From a bacterium (lineage in GTDB: Bacteria; Zhuqueibacterota; Zhuqueibacteria; Oceanimicrobiales; Oceanimicrobiaceae), in assembly GCA_046757165.1 (NCBI GenBank), contig JBHHXT010000107.1:1-15629 (forward strand): a stretch of DNA of 15,629 bases, written 5' to 3'. Positions 1 through 9,017 of this stretch are shown here, piece after piece; the first letter of the stretch is position 1, and the number at the start of each line of letters is the position of its first letter. The translations under genes and the position numbers were made by a program. Under the pieces are notes generated by a model. It was not told where the DNA came from, did not search any database, and worked only from the letters and a program-made list of their open reading frames with translations.

Positions 1-2723
1 GTATCGAACAGGTTGAAAATTCTGAGAAACACCCTGGCGGTCCTGTCGCCGCCAAAAGGCACGTTGTAATAGAAGCGTGCATCGACATTCTTGAACTCCG
101 GCTTTCGTTCACTGTTTGTCAACAAGGTGGAGACATCCTTGACTTCGCGTGGCGTAAACGGCTGTCCGGAGCCATATTGAAAAATAAGGCTGCCGCCCCA
201 GTGCGGCTTGCTGTAGGAGAGCGTGGCGTTGAAGGTGTGCAACTGATCCCAATCCGTGTTGGTCAATTGGAGCTCCGCTTCGCGGCCTTGTGCCCGGTCC
301 CGCCTGGCTTTTTCCGGATCCGAGTTGGTCGCTTTGGCGATTTGAAAGGTATAATCCACGTTTGCCGAAAACCCGTGGACGAATCGTTTGCTGGCCGACA
401 ACACGATTCCGCGAACAAAGCCAAAATCGCTGTTGACGATTCGGCTGTATCGACCCGCGCCGAACACCGAGATTTCTTCAGAGCTGGTGCCCGCGAGATC
501 CCGGATGTCTCGAAAGAATATCGTGACGTCCGAGCCGATATCTTCACCAATTTGCTGTTGCAAGCCGATTTCGCCGCTGATGGTAAACTCGGGGGACAAA
601 TCCGCATTGCCAATCGTGGTCTGCGTTCCTTCGCCAGGCTCGAGCTCGAATTCTGGATTCTGATACAACCGCTCGAAGTTCGGAATCTGGATGAAATGGC
701 CATAAGAAAAATGAAACACCCCGCGGTCGGTCACCGGAAAAGCAATGCCGATTCTTGGACTGATTCTGGTCTTGGAGCCGGCTCTCTTGAACCAGAATTG
801 CCGGCGTTCGTCCAGTGTAAAGGTTCTTTCTCCGGGATCCTGAATGCCGTCACCGTTGAGGTCGTCGAACTTGTGTGACGGTTTGATGGGGCGGTCGACG
901 TTGGGGTCGCTCGGGTCAGCCAAAATGACGCCATCAGGGTCAAAATAATCAAAGCGCACGCCGATATTGACGGTCATGCTTTCAAATTCCATTTTGTCCT
1001 GCAAATAAGCCGAGAATTCAATCGGCTTGTGTTCGTACCTGTCATGGAATCTCGAGGCCATGGGCGGAATTTGAAAATCCACATACGGGTCATCTTCCAG
1101 ACTGGGATCGAAGCCGCCGACCGGCTGCAGCTCGAAGTCATCGAAAAACACCTGGTGGCGTCGAAACTCGATGCCTGATTTGACTTGATGATTGTTGGTG
1201 ACCTGACTCGTGAGATCGATCTTGCCGAGCAATGTCTCGGTTTTCCTCTGAAACCGTCGGTTGTCGGTTCCCCCCATTTTGAAACTAAACGGCAATTCGA
1301 GCTGCAAGTTGGGGTCCACATATCTGTTCGGATTTTCGACCAGGATGCCACCCTCTCCCAACGTGATGGGATTGCCACTGGCATCGGTTTTGATCTTCAA
1401 ATCGTCGAACAGTTTTGCCTCGAATTTCTTGCTAAAGAAGGAAAAGCCAATATCATAGAATGTCCTGGAGCTGAGGACATGTGTCAGCTTGGCGATGTGC
1501 GTATTGCCATCGCGGAATTTCTTGATGGCCCCATCCGGGTTCAAAATATAGCTTCTTTCATTGTTGAAAGGGCTAAACTCGCGAAAATCCTTCTCGCTTC
1601 TGAGGTAGGTGTAGGCCAGTTTCATGGCAGGTGTCAGCCTGTAGACAAGCTTGGCCTGCGTAAACAATTCTTTGCTCCCATTCATGTCGACAAGCGCGTT
1701 GTCTCCGAAAGTTGAAGAATCCGCGGGGATGAGCCGAAACGTGCTGTCAGCGCTCAAAAGAGGACGGCCACGCTCGTCGGTTTCAACATCCCGTAAGATA
1801 AAGTCTGGGCGAAATTTGCGTCGACCGCTTACCCAGCCTCCCCGGTTGATGTAGCGGGCATTGACATAGTAAAACAACTTGTCTTTGAGGATTGGGCCAT
1901 GCAGGGCGAATTCGAAATTGCGTGTGTTCACCGGAGCGACATTGTCGATACCGAAAAAGATGTCGTCATTCGATCCAAAGTGGTCACCCGAGTAGAGGGT
2001 CAGGGAGCCGCCGAAATCGTTGTTTCCCTCCTTGGTCGCGATGTTGATAATTCCTGACTGTGCCTGGCCATATTCGGCATTGAACGCTCCGGTGATGACC
2101 TGAAGCTCCTGCACGGCATCTTTGTTGAACTCGATGACATTCTTGCCATCGTAGACGTCCGTGACCGGAATGCCGTCTATCCAAAAACCCACTTCACCAG
2201 CGCGCCCTCCCCTGATGTGGAGATTGCCCTCTCTACTAATAATGCCCGCCTGCAGCTCGATGGCATCCTGCAGTTCTGCAATGGGCAGGGTGGAGATCTC
2301 TTCCGTCCCGACCACCGCCGTTGAGGCGGTCAAGTCTTTCTGCACCAGCTCCCGTTTGGCGATGACCGTCACACCTTCTCCAAGCTCGAGGATCTCGGAG
2401 TTGAGCTGAAAATTCAAAGTTGTGGTCAAGTCGATGGAGACGCGCACGTTTTTGTAGGAAGCTGCGCTGTAGCCCATCATGGTGGCCCGGACGGAATAGA
2501 CCCCCGGGCTCAAATTCAGGACGACATACTTCCCGTCGGCGTCGGCGGCAGCTCCCATCATCGTCCCCTCCAGGACAATGTTCGCGCCAGGCAACGCTTC
2601 GCCCGTTTGGGCATCCGTGACTTTGCCTGCCAGCTTGCCAGTCGTACCGGCAGGTAGCTGGTCTATGAAGAGAAGAAAACCCAATGGCAGGCACAGCATG
2701 CAAACAATGATTTTCTTGTCCAT
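1..2723 (-). CDS. TonB-dependent outer-membrane receptor with N-terminal carboxypeptidase-regulatory-like domain; 3' end truncated by the window edge
   Basis: Absent from the ORF track, presumably because there is no stop in the window. Hand translation from ATG 2723 gives the signal-peptide-like MDKKIIVCMLCLPLGFLLFIDQLPA, then GTTGKLAGKVTDAQTGEALPGANIVLEGT, plug motifs HIRGGRAGEVGFWIDGIPV and VITGAFNAEYGQAQSGIINIATKEG, barrel motifs FSAYLQDKMEFESMTVNIGVRFDYFDP and VDYTFQIAKATNSDP, and near-C-terminal VFLRIFNLFD at positions 3-32. All segments checked are in the same frame. Confidence 0.93.
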   Translation of the reverse strand, partial: MDKKIIVCMLCLPLGFLLFIDQLPAGTTGKLAGKVTDAQTGEALPGANIVLEGTMMGAAADADGKYVVLNLSPGVYSVRATMMGYSAASYKNVRVSIDLTTTLNFQLNSEILELGEGVTVIAKRELVQKDLTASTAVVGTEEISTLPIAELQDAIELQAGIISREGNLHIRGGRAGEVGFWIDGIPVTDVYDGKNVIEFNKDAVQELQVITGAFNAEYGQAQSGIINIATKEGNNDFGGSLTLYSGDHFGSNDDIFFGIDNVAPVNTRNFEFALHGPILKDKLFYYVNARYINRGGWVSGRRKFRPDFILRDVETDERGRPLLSADSTFRLIPADSSTFGDNALVDMNGSKELFTQAKLVYRLTPAMKLAYTYLRSEKDFREFSPFNNERSYILNPDGAIKKFRDGNTHIAKLTHVLSSRTFYDIGFSFFSKKFEAKLFDDLKIKTDASGNPITLGEGGILVENPNRYVDPNLQLELPFSFKMGGTDNRRFQRKTETLLGKIDLTSQVTNNHQVKSGIEFRRHQVFFDDFELQPVGGFDPSLEDDPYVDFQIPPMASRFHDRYEHKPIEFSAYLQDKMEFESMTVNIGVRFDYFDPDGVILADPSDPNVDRPIKPSHKFDDLNGDGIQDPGERTFTLDERRQFWFKRAGSKTRISPRIGIAFPVTDRGVFHFSYGHFIQIPNFERLYQNPEFELEPGEGTQTTIGNADLSPEFTISGEIGLQQQIGEDIGSDVTIFFRDIRDLAGTSSEEISVFGAGRYSRIVNSDFGFVRGIVLSASKRFVHGFSANVDYTFQIAKATNSDPEKARRDRAQGREAELQLTNTDWDQLHTFNATLSYSKPHWGGSLIFQYGSGQPFTPREVKDVSTLLTNSERKPEFKNVDARFYYNVPFGGDRTARVFLRIFNLFD

Positions 2724-2753
2724 AGGAAATTCGCCTAAGCTTAGGTTAACAAA

Positions 2754-3782
2754 CTAGCCCTTCTGAGTCGAATGATAGCCGCAGCTTTCACGAATGACCA
2801 GCCGGGTGGTGAGGCGGCGTTTGAATTCGGGTTTGGCTTCTCCAGCTATCTGGGCCATCAATCTGTCGACGGCAAGCTCGCCCATGCCTACTGTGGGTTG
2901 TTTGATGGTTGTCAGCCCGACGTGACACGCCAGCTCGATGTCGTCAAAGCCGACGACAGCGATATCATCTGGCACACAGTAGCCGCCCTCTTTGATAGCC
3001 TGGATGGCACCAATCGCCTGGATATCGCTCGACACAAACACCGCACGGGGCTTCTTCGCCCCGAGCTCCAGGAGGCGCTGCATGGCAGCAAAACCGGCCT
3101 CCTTGTTGAACCCGTCCGCCTCATCCAGAAAATCACACGCGACAAAATAGCGGTCATCGAACGACAAGCCGTTTTCACGCAACGCCTTTTTGTACCCCTC
3201 GAGCCGCAATCTCGCTGGAACGCTCTTGAGCTGCCCGTCTATCATCGCAATACGCTTGTAGCCCAGTTTGATCAGATGCGTTGTCGCTTGATAGGCCCCC
3301 TCTATGTTGTCCACCTTGATCGAATCCAGATCGGGATGGTAGCTGTCCACGAGCACAATCGGAAATCGCTTGGCCATAAACTTCTTTGCATATTCGTCTG
3401 TTATTTCGAGCGAAACCAGAAGAATCCCATCGACTCTTCTCTCTTTCAACGCGCGGCCAAGAAACGTCTCCTTCTTGTTCGCGGTGTCGACGCTATAGAG
3501 AATCAAGTCATTCTGAAAGTGAGTGATTTTGCGTTGAATGCCACGAAGCAATTCAACAAAGAAGTAACCGGTAAAGAATGGGATGATGCAGCCGATCGTG
3601 TTGGTCTTTCTCCGAGCCAGACTTTGCGCCACGGGATGTGGCTGATAGTTCAACTCCTTTATCGCCTGCAAGACCTTCTCCTTTGTCGCCTCCGTGATCT
3701 GCGGACTGTTATTGATCGCTCGGGAAACGGTGCCAATGCCAACTCCCGCTTTCCTGGCGACATCATAGATCGTAGCTGACAT
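2754..3782 (-). CDS. LacI/GalR-family transcriptional repressor (342 aa from MSATIYDVA)
   Basis: N-terminal HTH TIYDVARKAGVGIGTVSRAIN, hinge YQPHPVAQSLARRKT, and a sugar-binding domain with VPDDIAVVGFDD, LTTIKQP and LVIRESCG. ATG 3782 is preferred over the track's 3812 start. Confidence 0.96.
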   Translation of the reverse strand: MSATIYDVARKAGVGIGTVSRAINNSPQITEATKEKVLQAIKELNYQPHPVAQSLARRKTNTIGCIIPFFTGYFFVELLRGIQRKITHFQNDLILYSVDTANKKETFLGRALKERRVDGILLVSLEITDEYAKKFMAKRFPIVLVDSYHPDLDSIKVDNIEGAYQATTHLIKLGYKRIAMIDGQLKSVPARLRLEGYKKALRENGLSFDDRYFVACDFLDEADGFNKEAGFAAMQRLLELGAKKPRAVFVSSDIQAIGAIQAIKEGGYCVPDDIAVVGFDDIELACHVGLTTIKQPTVGMGELAVDRLMAQIAGEAKPEFKRRLTTRLVIRESCGYHSTQKG

Positions 3783-3840
3783 AGTGACGGCACTGATCTC
3801 CTCTGGACTCAAGAAACGATGAGCAACAAAGCCTCAGAAC

Positions 3841-4036
3841 TGGAAGTGCTTCCAGGGTCCAGCAAAAAAATGGCTCGGGCCGAAGCGTCACAAATCAGGT
3901 GTGCAAGTGCTTCCAGGCAAAAAGAAAAGAAATCGCCGAAGAAAGGTGAAGCCATCATGGAAGTGCTTCCAGCTAAGCATAAAAAAAACTTCGCGTTATC
4001 CCCACAGATGAGAAGTCTTTCATGGAAGTGCTTCCA
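3841..4036. promoter_or_regulatory. Four LacI-type operator-like near-palindromes TGGAAGTGCTTCCA at 3841-3854, 3902-3915 (TGCAAG variant), 3958-3971 and 4023-4036
   Basis: Read directly from the sequence: three identical copies and one with a single mismatch. The dyad resembles LacI-family operators, lies just upstream of the lacI gene, and the last copy abuts the -10 box. Confidence 0.85.
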
Positions 4037-4065
4037 AGTATAGAAAATAAAACTATCTTTGTCAA
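4037..4065 (-). promoter_or_regulatory. Sigma70-type promoter for the lacI-TBDR operon: -35 TTGACA (4065-4060), 17 bp, -10 TATACT (4042-4037)
   Basis: Perfect -35, optimal spacer, 5/6 match at -10. The predicted TSS (~4030) falls inside the operator at 4023-4036. Confidence 0.85.
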
Positions 4066-4083
4066 GAACTTTTTTAAGAAAAC

Positions 4084-5901
4084 TTAACGTTTTCTATCCA
4101 GGGAGGCTTTTTTTCTCTCCAATGCCATGCACTGCTGCAGGAGGTCTTCGATTCGCTCTGCGTCCCCATCTGCGGCCTTGAGCTGCTGACGCACGGTGTC
4201 GATCTCGTGTTGTAGCCTTTCACGCTGGAGGGCATTGACACAATCTTCAGCTAAACGGCGAGCGTCCCTGTCTGCCAGGCCTGCGTTCAGCACGGAGACG
4301 ACAAATTGCGATAGGTCGACATCGTGGAATTGGTGTAGCAAGTCCGCTTCAGTAGGTTGGCGCCCGCCTTTGAACTGATTCTTGAAATAGGTCAAGATGG
4401 CGAGCTTGCTTGACTCCGCAACCTGGTCCAAATCCAGATGGTCAAAGATGAACTCCGCCAGGCTCCAGTCATGAACCAGGATTCGAATCAGGTCTTCTAT
4501 CGCTTTTTCTGACTTTTTTGTTTTGCTTGCGTGCGAGAGATCCTGCACCCGTTCTCCAATTTCAGAACGTCTGGCGGCGCTCTGGACGCGTCGTCGGCTC
4601 AGGGTTTCAAGCTCGGCCCAGAGGATTTTTTCGCTCATTTGCAGTCGCTGTGCTGCTTTCGTCAGCAGAACGCTGCGCTGTATCATGTCCTTGATCCTGG
4701 CAAGCGATTCCAGCCATGACCGAATGCTCTCCGTGCGCTTTTCCGGGGCTTGCGCGACAACCAGCTCGAGTTTGTGGTCAAACAACGGCGCCGCCTGCTC
4801 GACTTGTTCCACCAGCGCCTGCGTGCCATTGTCGCGAACAAAGCTGTCGGGGTCGTGCCCGGCCGGCAAGGAGACTACATGGACCTCGAGGCCGTTTTCT
4901 ATCAAGACATCCGCCCCTCTCAACGCAGCCGCCGAGCCGGCTGAATCACTGTCATACATCAGAACGATGGTTCGCGTGTACCGCCGAATGAGCCGGGCCT
5001 GATCCTGAGTCAGCGCTGTGCCAGAGGTGGCCACGACGTTTCTCACCCCGTTCGCCGCCAGGCTCAGTAGATCCATGTAGCCTTCCACGAAAATGGCTTT
5101 GCGCTGCTGGCGAATCTCATCGCGACTTTGGTACAGGCCATAAAGAATCTTTCCCTTTTCGTAAACTGAAGTTTCCGGGGAGTTGATGTATTTGGGGGAA
5201 TCATCGGCCTGCCGCAAGACCCTGCCCCCGAAGGCGACCACACGGCCAGATAGATTCCAGATGGGGAACATGACGCGGTCACGAAAGCGGTCGTAACGTC
5301 TGCCGGCTTCATTTTCCAACACCAGCCCGGCTTTCAGCAATGTTTCGACGTCGTTCGAGGTCTTGTGTGCCTCCCGGATCAAATTGTCCCAGCCGGGCAA
5401 GGCATACCCCAGCCCCAGGGTCTTGATGTTGTCGTCGGTGAGACCTCGACCCCGCAAATAGGTCAGGGCAGCTTCTCCGGCCGGGCCAAACAGGGCGTGC
5501 TGAAACCACTTTGCGGCGAACTCATTGATGTGGTAGAGCGCTTCATTTTGCTTGCTCGTCCCTTCATCTGTTTGCCGCAGCTCGAACTCCAGCTCGATTC
5601 CGGCTCGCTGCGCGAGAAACTTGACCACGTCAGGAAAACTGGTTCCCTCGTAGCGCATCAGGAAGGTGAACGCGTTGCCGCCGGCACCGCAGCCAAAACA
5701 GTGAAAGATCTGCTTGTCGGTGTTAACACTGAAGGAGGGCGTCTTTTCATTGTGAAAAGGACACAGGCCGAAATGGTTCTGGCCTTTCTTTTTGAGGGTC
5801 ACATAGCCGGAGACCAATTCGAGGATATCGGTTGCTTCGCGTACTTCATCGATCTTGCGTTGCGGGATGATGCCAGTTGACTTGCCTGCTGCATCCCTCA
5901 C
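4084..5901 (-). CDS. dnaG: DNA primase
   Basis: CHC2 zinc finger (CPFHNEKTPSF...FHCFGCG), DRFRDRVMFPI, PKYINSPET, TOPRIM VEGYMD, YDSDSAG and DPD. The GTG start overlaps the upstream TGA (GTGA). Confidence 0.98.
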   Translation of the reverse strand: MRDAAGKSTGIIPQRKIDEVREATDILELVSGYVTLKKKGQNHFGLCPFHNEKTPSFSVNTDKQIFHCFGCGAGGNAFTFLMRYEGTSFPDVVKFLAQRAGIELEFELRQTDEGTSKQNEALYHINEFAAKWFQHALFGPAGEAALTYLRGRGLTDDNIKTLGLGYALPGWDNLIREAHKTSNDVETLLKAGLVLENEAGRRYDRFRDRVMFPIWNLSGRVVAFGGRVLRQADDSPKYINSPETSVYEKGKILYGLYQSRDEIRQQRKAIFVEGYMDLLSLAANGVRNVVATSGTALTQDQARLIRRYTRTIVLMYDSDSAGSAAALRGADVLIENGLEVHVVSLPAGHDPDSFVRDNGTQALVEQVEQAAPLFDHKLELVVAQAPEKRTESIRSWLESLARIKDMIQRSVLLTKAAQRLQMSEKILWAELETLSRRRVQSAARRSEIGERVQDLSHASKTKKSEKAIEDLIRILVHDWSLAEFIFDHLDLDQVAESSKLAILTYFKNQFKGGRQPTEADLLHQFHDVDLSQFVVSVLNAGLADRDARRLAEDCVNALQRERLQHEIDTVRQQLKAADGDAERIEDLLQQCMALERKKASLDRKR

Positions 5902-7466
5902 TCTTCTTCTTCCTCCTCAAGCGCTGGCCGATAATACAGTTTCTTGTCAATAAACAACTCGACGATGTCCCCATCCAGCTTCCCGGCCTTCACCTCCTGG
6001 CGCAGGATCTCGATGGATTCTTCGATAGAAATCGCCTTCTTGTACGGCCGATCGGGTGAGCTCAGGGCATCGAAAATATCTGCAATGCACATGATGCGTG
6101 CCTGGATAGAGATGGCGTCTCCCTTGAGACCGTTTGGGTAGCCACTTCCGTCGAGATACTCGTGGTGTGCCGCTGCATGTTTCGGAATATTCTCGAGGTC
6201 CCGGGTAAAGGGAATCTTGTTCAGGATATCCAGCGTGTGGTGGACGTGGGACTGAATCTCTTTGTATTCGCTGTCGGTCAGATTGCCCTTGATAATCGAG
6301 AGGGTTTCGTATTCCTGCGGGGTCAAGAAATGGCATCTCTTGCCGCGGCTATCGACGAAGGTTCGCTCAGCGATCAGTCGCAATCGGGCGTGATCGGCTG
6401 CTTCCAGAAAGCCCGGGATATTGACGTGGTTGATGAACTCAAAGGCATCATCGATTTCCTTCATTTCCTGCTCACACGCATCGTGCAGCTCTACCCGCTC
6501 ACGGCCGCCATTGCGGTTCTCTCTCATGTACCGTAGCCGCTTCTTAAAATAGCGAATTCTGATGGCTTGCCTGATACTCTCGAATCGCTGCCCAATGACC
6601 TTGATTTGGTCATCCGTCAGCTTGTTTGTTTTTTCAAGCACGGCTTCACTCACGCCGATCTTGCCGATGTCATGCAGCCAGGCGGCCATTCGCAGCTCCT
6701 CGATTTCGTCAGGGGAAAACCCGAGCTTCCCAAGACGGCCTTCCCTTTCCTCATTGATGGCACAGGCCAGACGTACGGAGTACTTCGCGACCCGACCGGA
6801 GTGACCGGCTGTGTGCGGACTCCGGGCATCGATCGCTCTGGCCGAATAGCGTACCAATGAGCGAAACAGACGTTTGATTTCTTCGATGAGCTTGACGTTC
6901 CGGATGGCGACCGCGGCCTGGGAAGCGAGCGAATGCACCAGGCTCTCATATTCCAACTTGAACGGAACCACATTGCCGGCTTCATCAAGTGAATTGATCA
7001 ACTGCAAGACACCGATAATGCTGCCGGCATGGTCCCGCATGGGGACGACGAGCATCGATTTTGAGCGATAGTTATTGCGAATATCGAATTGTTTGTTGAC
7101 CCGGTATTCAACCGTGGGCGGGATCTTGTAGACATCGTTGATGTTGAGGATGTTGCCGGTAATGGCAACGTAGCCTGCGATGCTTTCCTTGCTCATGGGC
7201 AGACAAACCTCTTTGAACGGCTCCTTTCTGCTGTCGCGTTTTCTTAGCGACTCCGTCTGCGCCACCGTGAAGTTGAGCCGGTCTTTTTCCTTTATGTAGA
7301 GACTGCCGCCGTCGGCATTGGTGAAACTCCGGGCTTCTTTGACGATGACTTCGAGCAGCCTGTTCAGATTCTGTTCGCTGGAGAGGGCGATGCCAATCGC
7401 GTTGAGTTTACGGATTTGCTCCTCGAGCTGCGAATTCCTTTCCGGGGGCGTGTGAGCACGGTCCAT
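5898..7466 (-). CDS. GAF + HD-GYP domain protein (probable cyclic-dinucleotide phosphodiesterase)
   Basis: GAF region (ADGGSLY, SIAGYVAITG, SMLVVPM, IGVLQLIN) followed by HSGRV, LHDIGK, HHEYLDGSGYP, IADIFDAL and RPYK. There is a long insertion between the HD and GYP halves. Confidence 0.93.
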   Translation of the reverse strand: MDRAHTPPERNSQLEEQIRKLNAIGIALSSEQNLNRLLEVIVKEARSFTNADGGSLYIKEKDRLNFTVAQTESLRKRDSRKEPFKEVCLPMSKESIAGYVAITGNILNINDVYKIPPTVEYRVNKQFDIRNNYRSKSMLVVPMRDHAGSIIGVLQLINSLDEAGNVVPFKLEYESLVHSLASQAAVAIRNVKLIEEIKRLFRSLVRYSARAIDARSPHTAGHSGRVAKYSVRLACAINEEREGRLGKLGFSPDEIEELRMAAWLHDIGKIGVSEAVLEKTNKLTDDQIKVIGQRFESIRQAIRIRYFKKRLRYMRENRNGGRERVELHDACEQEMKEIDDAFEFINHVNIPGFLEAADHARLRLIAERTFVDSRGKRCHFLTPQEYETLSIIKGNLTDSEYKEIQSHVHHTLDILNKIPFTRDLENIPKHAAAHHEYLDGSGYPNGLKGDAISIQARIMCIADIFDALSSPDRPYKKAISIEESIEILRQEVKAGKLDGDIVELFIDKKLYYRPALEEEEEE

Positions 7467-7515
7467 GATGGGGCCCTCTTACCTGGTCTAACCAGAGTTG
7501 CATGTGGCAAATAGA

Positions 7516-9009
7516 TTACTCATCGAAGTAAACCTCGTCATCGTCCCGCAGGGAGCTAAACATCGTATCCAGCATATCCCGGTAGGATGTTTTGCTCGCC
7601 ACAATATCTTTGCTGAGCATGGAATTCTGATGCAGACCATCGAGCACAAATTCCATTGCCGCCCCGACGACTGCCTCTATCTCGCCGTTCACCACCTGCC
7701 GCTGATTCGTCACCAGTTCTCGCAGGCCCTTCACCTTTTTCAGCTCCTGCAGATACGTCTTTGTCGGCATGTCGTCAGAAAGTTCGATAGCCTGGTTATT
7801 CTTGAACCAGTTTACGATTTCCGCGTATTTTTTTTCTCCTTTCTTCATGGAGAGCAAGGGATCCGAGAAATACTCGAGGAAAAGCTTTTTCACTGCCTTG
7901 CCGATCAAGGCGCGGGTGACATTGAGCTCTCCCTCCTGCTCGCCTTCGTAGACGAGCTCGATTTTGCCCGTGATGGAGGGCAAGGTCGCGTACAAATCGC
8001 AGATTCTGGGAACGATGACCTGCTCTCCGCTGAGGATTGCGCGCCGCTCCGCGTTGCTGATCAGGTTCTCGATGCTGGTCACGGTCATCCGCACGCTGAC
8101 GCCGGAATTTTGATCGACAAACTCGCTGTTGCGCGCCTCAACGGCGACTTGCTCGATAATCTCTCTGAAGAAGTAGGGAATGTGGATCTCGCGGCCGGTG
8201 TCGCGCTCTTCCCACGCCTCCTGCTGCGTGATTTGAATGCCCTCTTCCAGGGTTCTGGGATAGTGTGTGACGATCTGGGAGCCAATGCGGTCTTTCAGCG
8301 GCGTGATAATGCTCCCCCGGTTGGTGTAGTCCTCGGGATTCGCCGTGTACACGATCACGACGTCCAATGGAATGCGGATGGGAAAGCCACGAATCTGAAT
8401 GTCCTTTTCTTGCATGATATTGAACAGACCGACCTGGATTCGTGGCTGCAGGTCAGGCAGCTCATTGATGGCAAAGATGCCACGATTGCATCGCGGAATG
8501 ATGCCGAAATGAATCACCCCTTCATGAGCATAATGGAGACGTTGTGAGGCCGCCTTGATCGGATCGATATCGCCGACCAGGTCAGAGATGGTGACATCGG
8601 GCGTGGCCAGTTTTTCGCCAAATCGCTCTTGCCGGTGAAGCCAGTCGATCTCGACCTCGTCGCCATGTTCCCGCACCAGGTCAACACACAGCTTGCTCAT
8701 CGGCTTGAATGGATTGTCATTGATTTCGCTCCCTTTGATAATGGGGATATACTCATCTAACAAATTGGGCAAGGAGCGGATAATGCGCGTCTTTGCCTGA
8801 CCGCGCAGCCCGAGAAGAATGAAGTCGTGATAAGAAAGAATGGCGTTACACAACGCAGGAATCACGGTGTCATCATAGCCGATGATGCCGGGAAAAAGCG
8901 TCTGCCCGTTCTTTAACTGTTGTATCAGGTTGTTGCGCATCTCCTGTTTTACCGGCTTGACTTCGTAGCCAGACGCGCGCAGCTCGCCGATCGTTTTGGG
9001 TTTGTTCAT
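7516..9009 (-). CDS. AAA+ ATPase, magnesium-chelatase ChlI-like / MoxR-related (497 aa from MNKPKT)
   Basis: Walker A variant GLRGQAKT, GDIDPIKA, Walker B region FAINELPDL, ANPEDY and LKDR. ATG 9009 lies 8 bp after the vWA gene stop, whereas the track's 9147 start overlaps that gene. Confidence 0.9.
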   Translation of the reverse strand: MNKPKTIGELRASGYEVKPVKQEMRNNLIQQLKNGQTLFPGIIGYDDTVIPALCNAILSYHDFILLGLRGQAKTRIIRSLPNLLDEYIPIIKGSEINDNPFKPMSKLCVDLVREHGDEVEIDWLHRQERFGEKLATPDVTISDLVGDIDPIKAASQRLHYAHEGVIHFGIIPRCNRGIFAINELPDLQPRIQVGLFNIMQEKDIQIRGFPIRIPLDVVIVYTANPEDYTNRGSIITPLKDRIGSQIVTHYPRTLEEGIQITQQEAWEERDTGREIHIPYFFREIIEQVAVEARNSEFVDQNSGVSVRMTVTSIENLISNAERRAILSGEQVIVPRICDLYATLPSITGKIELVYEGEQEGELNVTRALIGKAVKKLFLEYFSDPLLSMKKGEKKYAEIVNWFKNNQAIELSDDMPTKTYLQELKKVKGLRELVTNQRQVVNGEIEAVVGAAMEFVLDGLHQNSMLSKDIVASKTSYRDMLDTMFSSLRDDDEVYFDE

Positions 9010-9017
9010 AGGTTCCG

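Noticed and set aside
177..2703. All track ORFs in 177-2703
   Set aside because: They overlap the real minus-strand TonB-dependent receptor frame and show no protein-family features.
2772..3779. 335-aa plus-strand ORF
   Set aside because: Antisense shadow of lacI with no recognisable motifs.
3841..4036. CRISPR array interpretation of the four repeats
   Set aside because: The repeats are only 14-16 bp, the spacers share A-tracts and vary from 42 to 51 bp, and no cas genes are in the window. The position over a promoter upstream of lacI is better explained by operators.
3819..4043. 74-aa plus-strand ORF with repeated EVLP
   Set aside because: The peptide repeat is simply the translation of the operator repeats. 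It is antisense to the leader and has low-complexity Lys runs from the A-tracts.
7498..8547. 349-aa plus-strand ORF
   Set aside because: Antisense shadow of the AAA+ ATPase. Long antisense frames are common with this codon usage.
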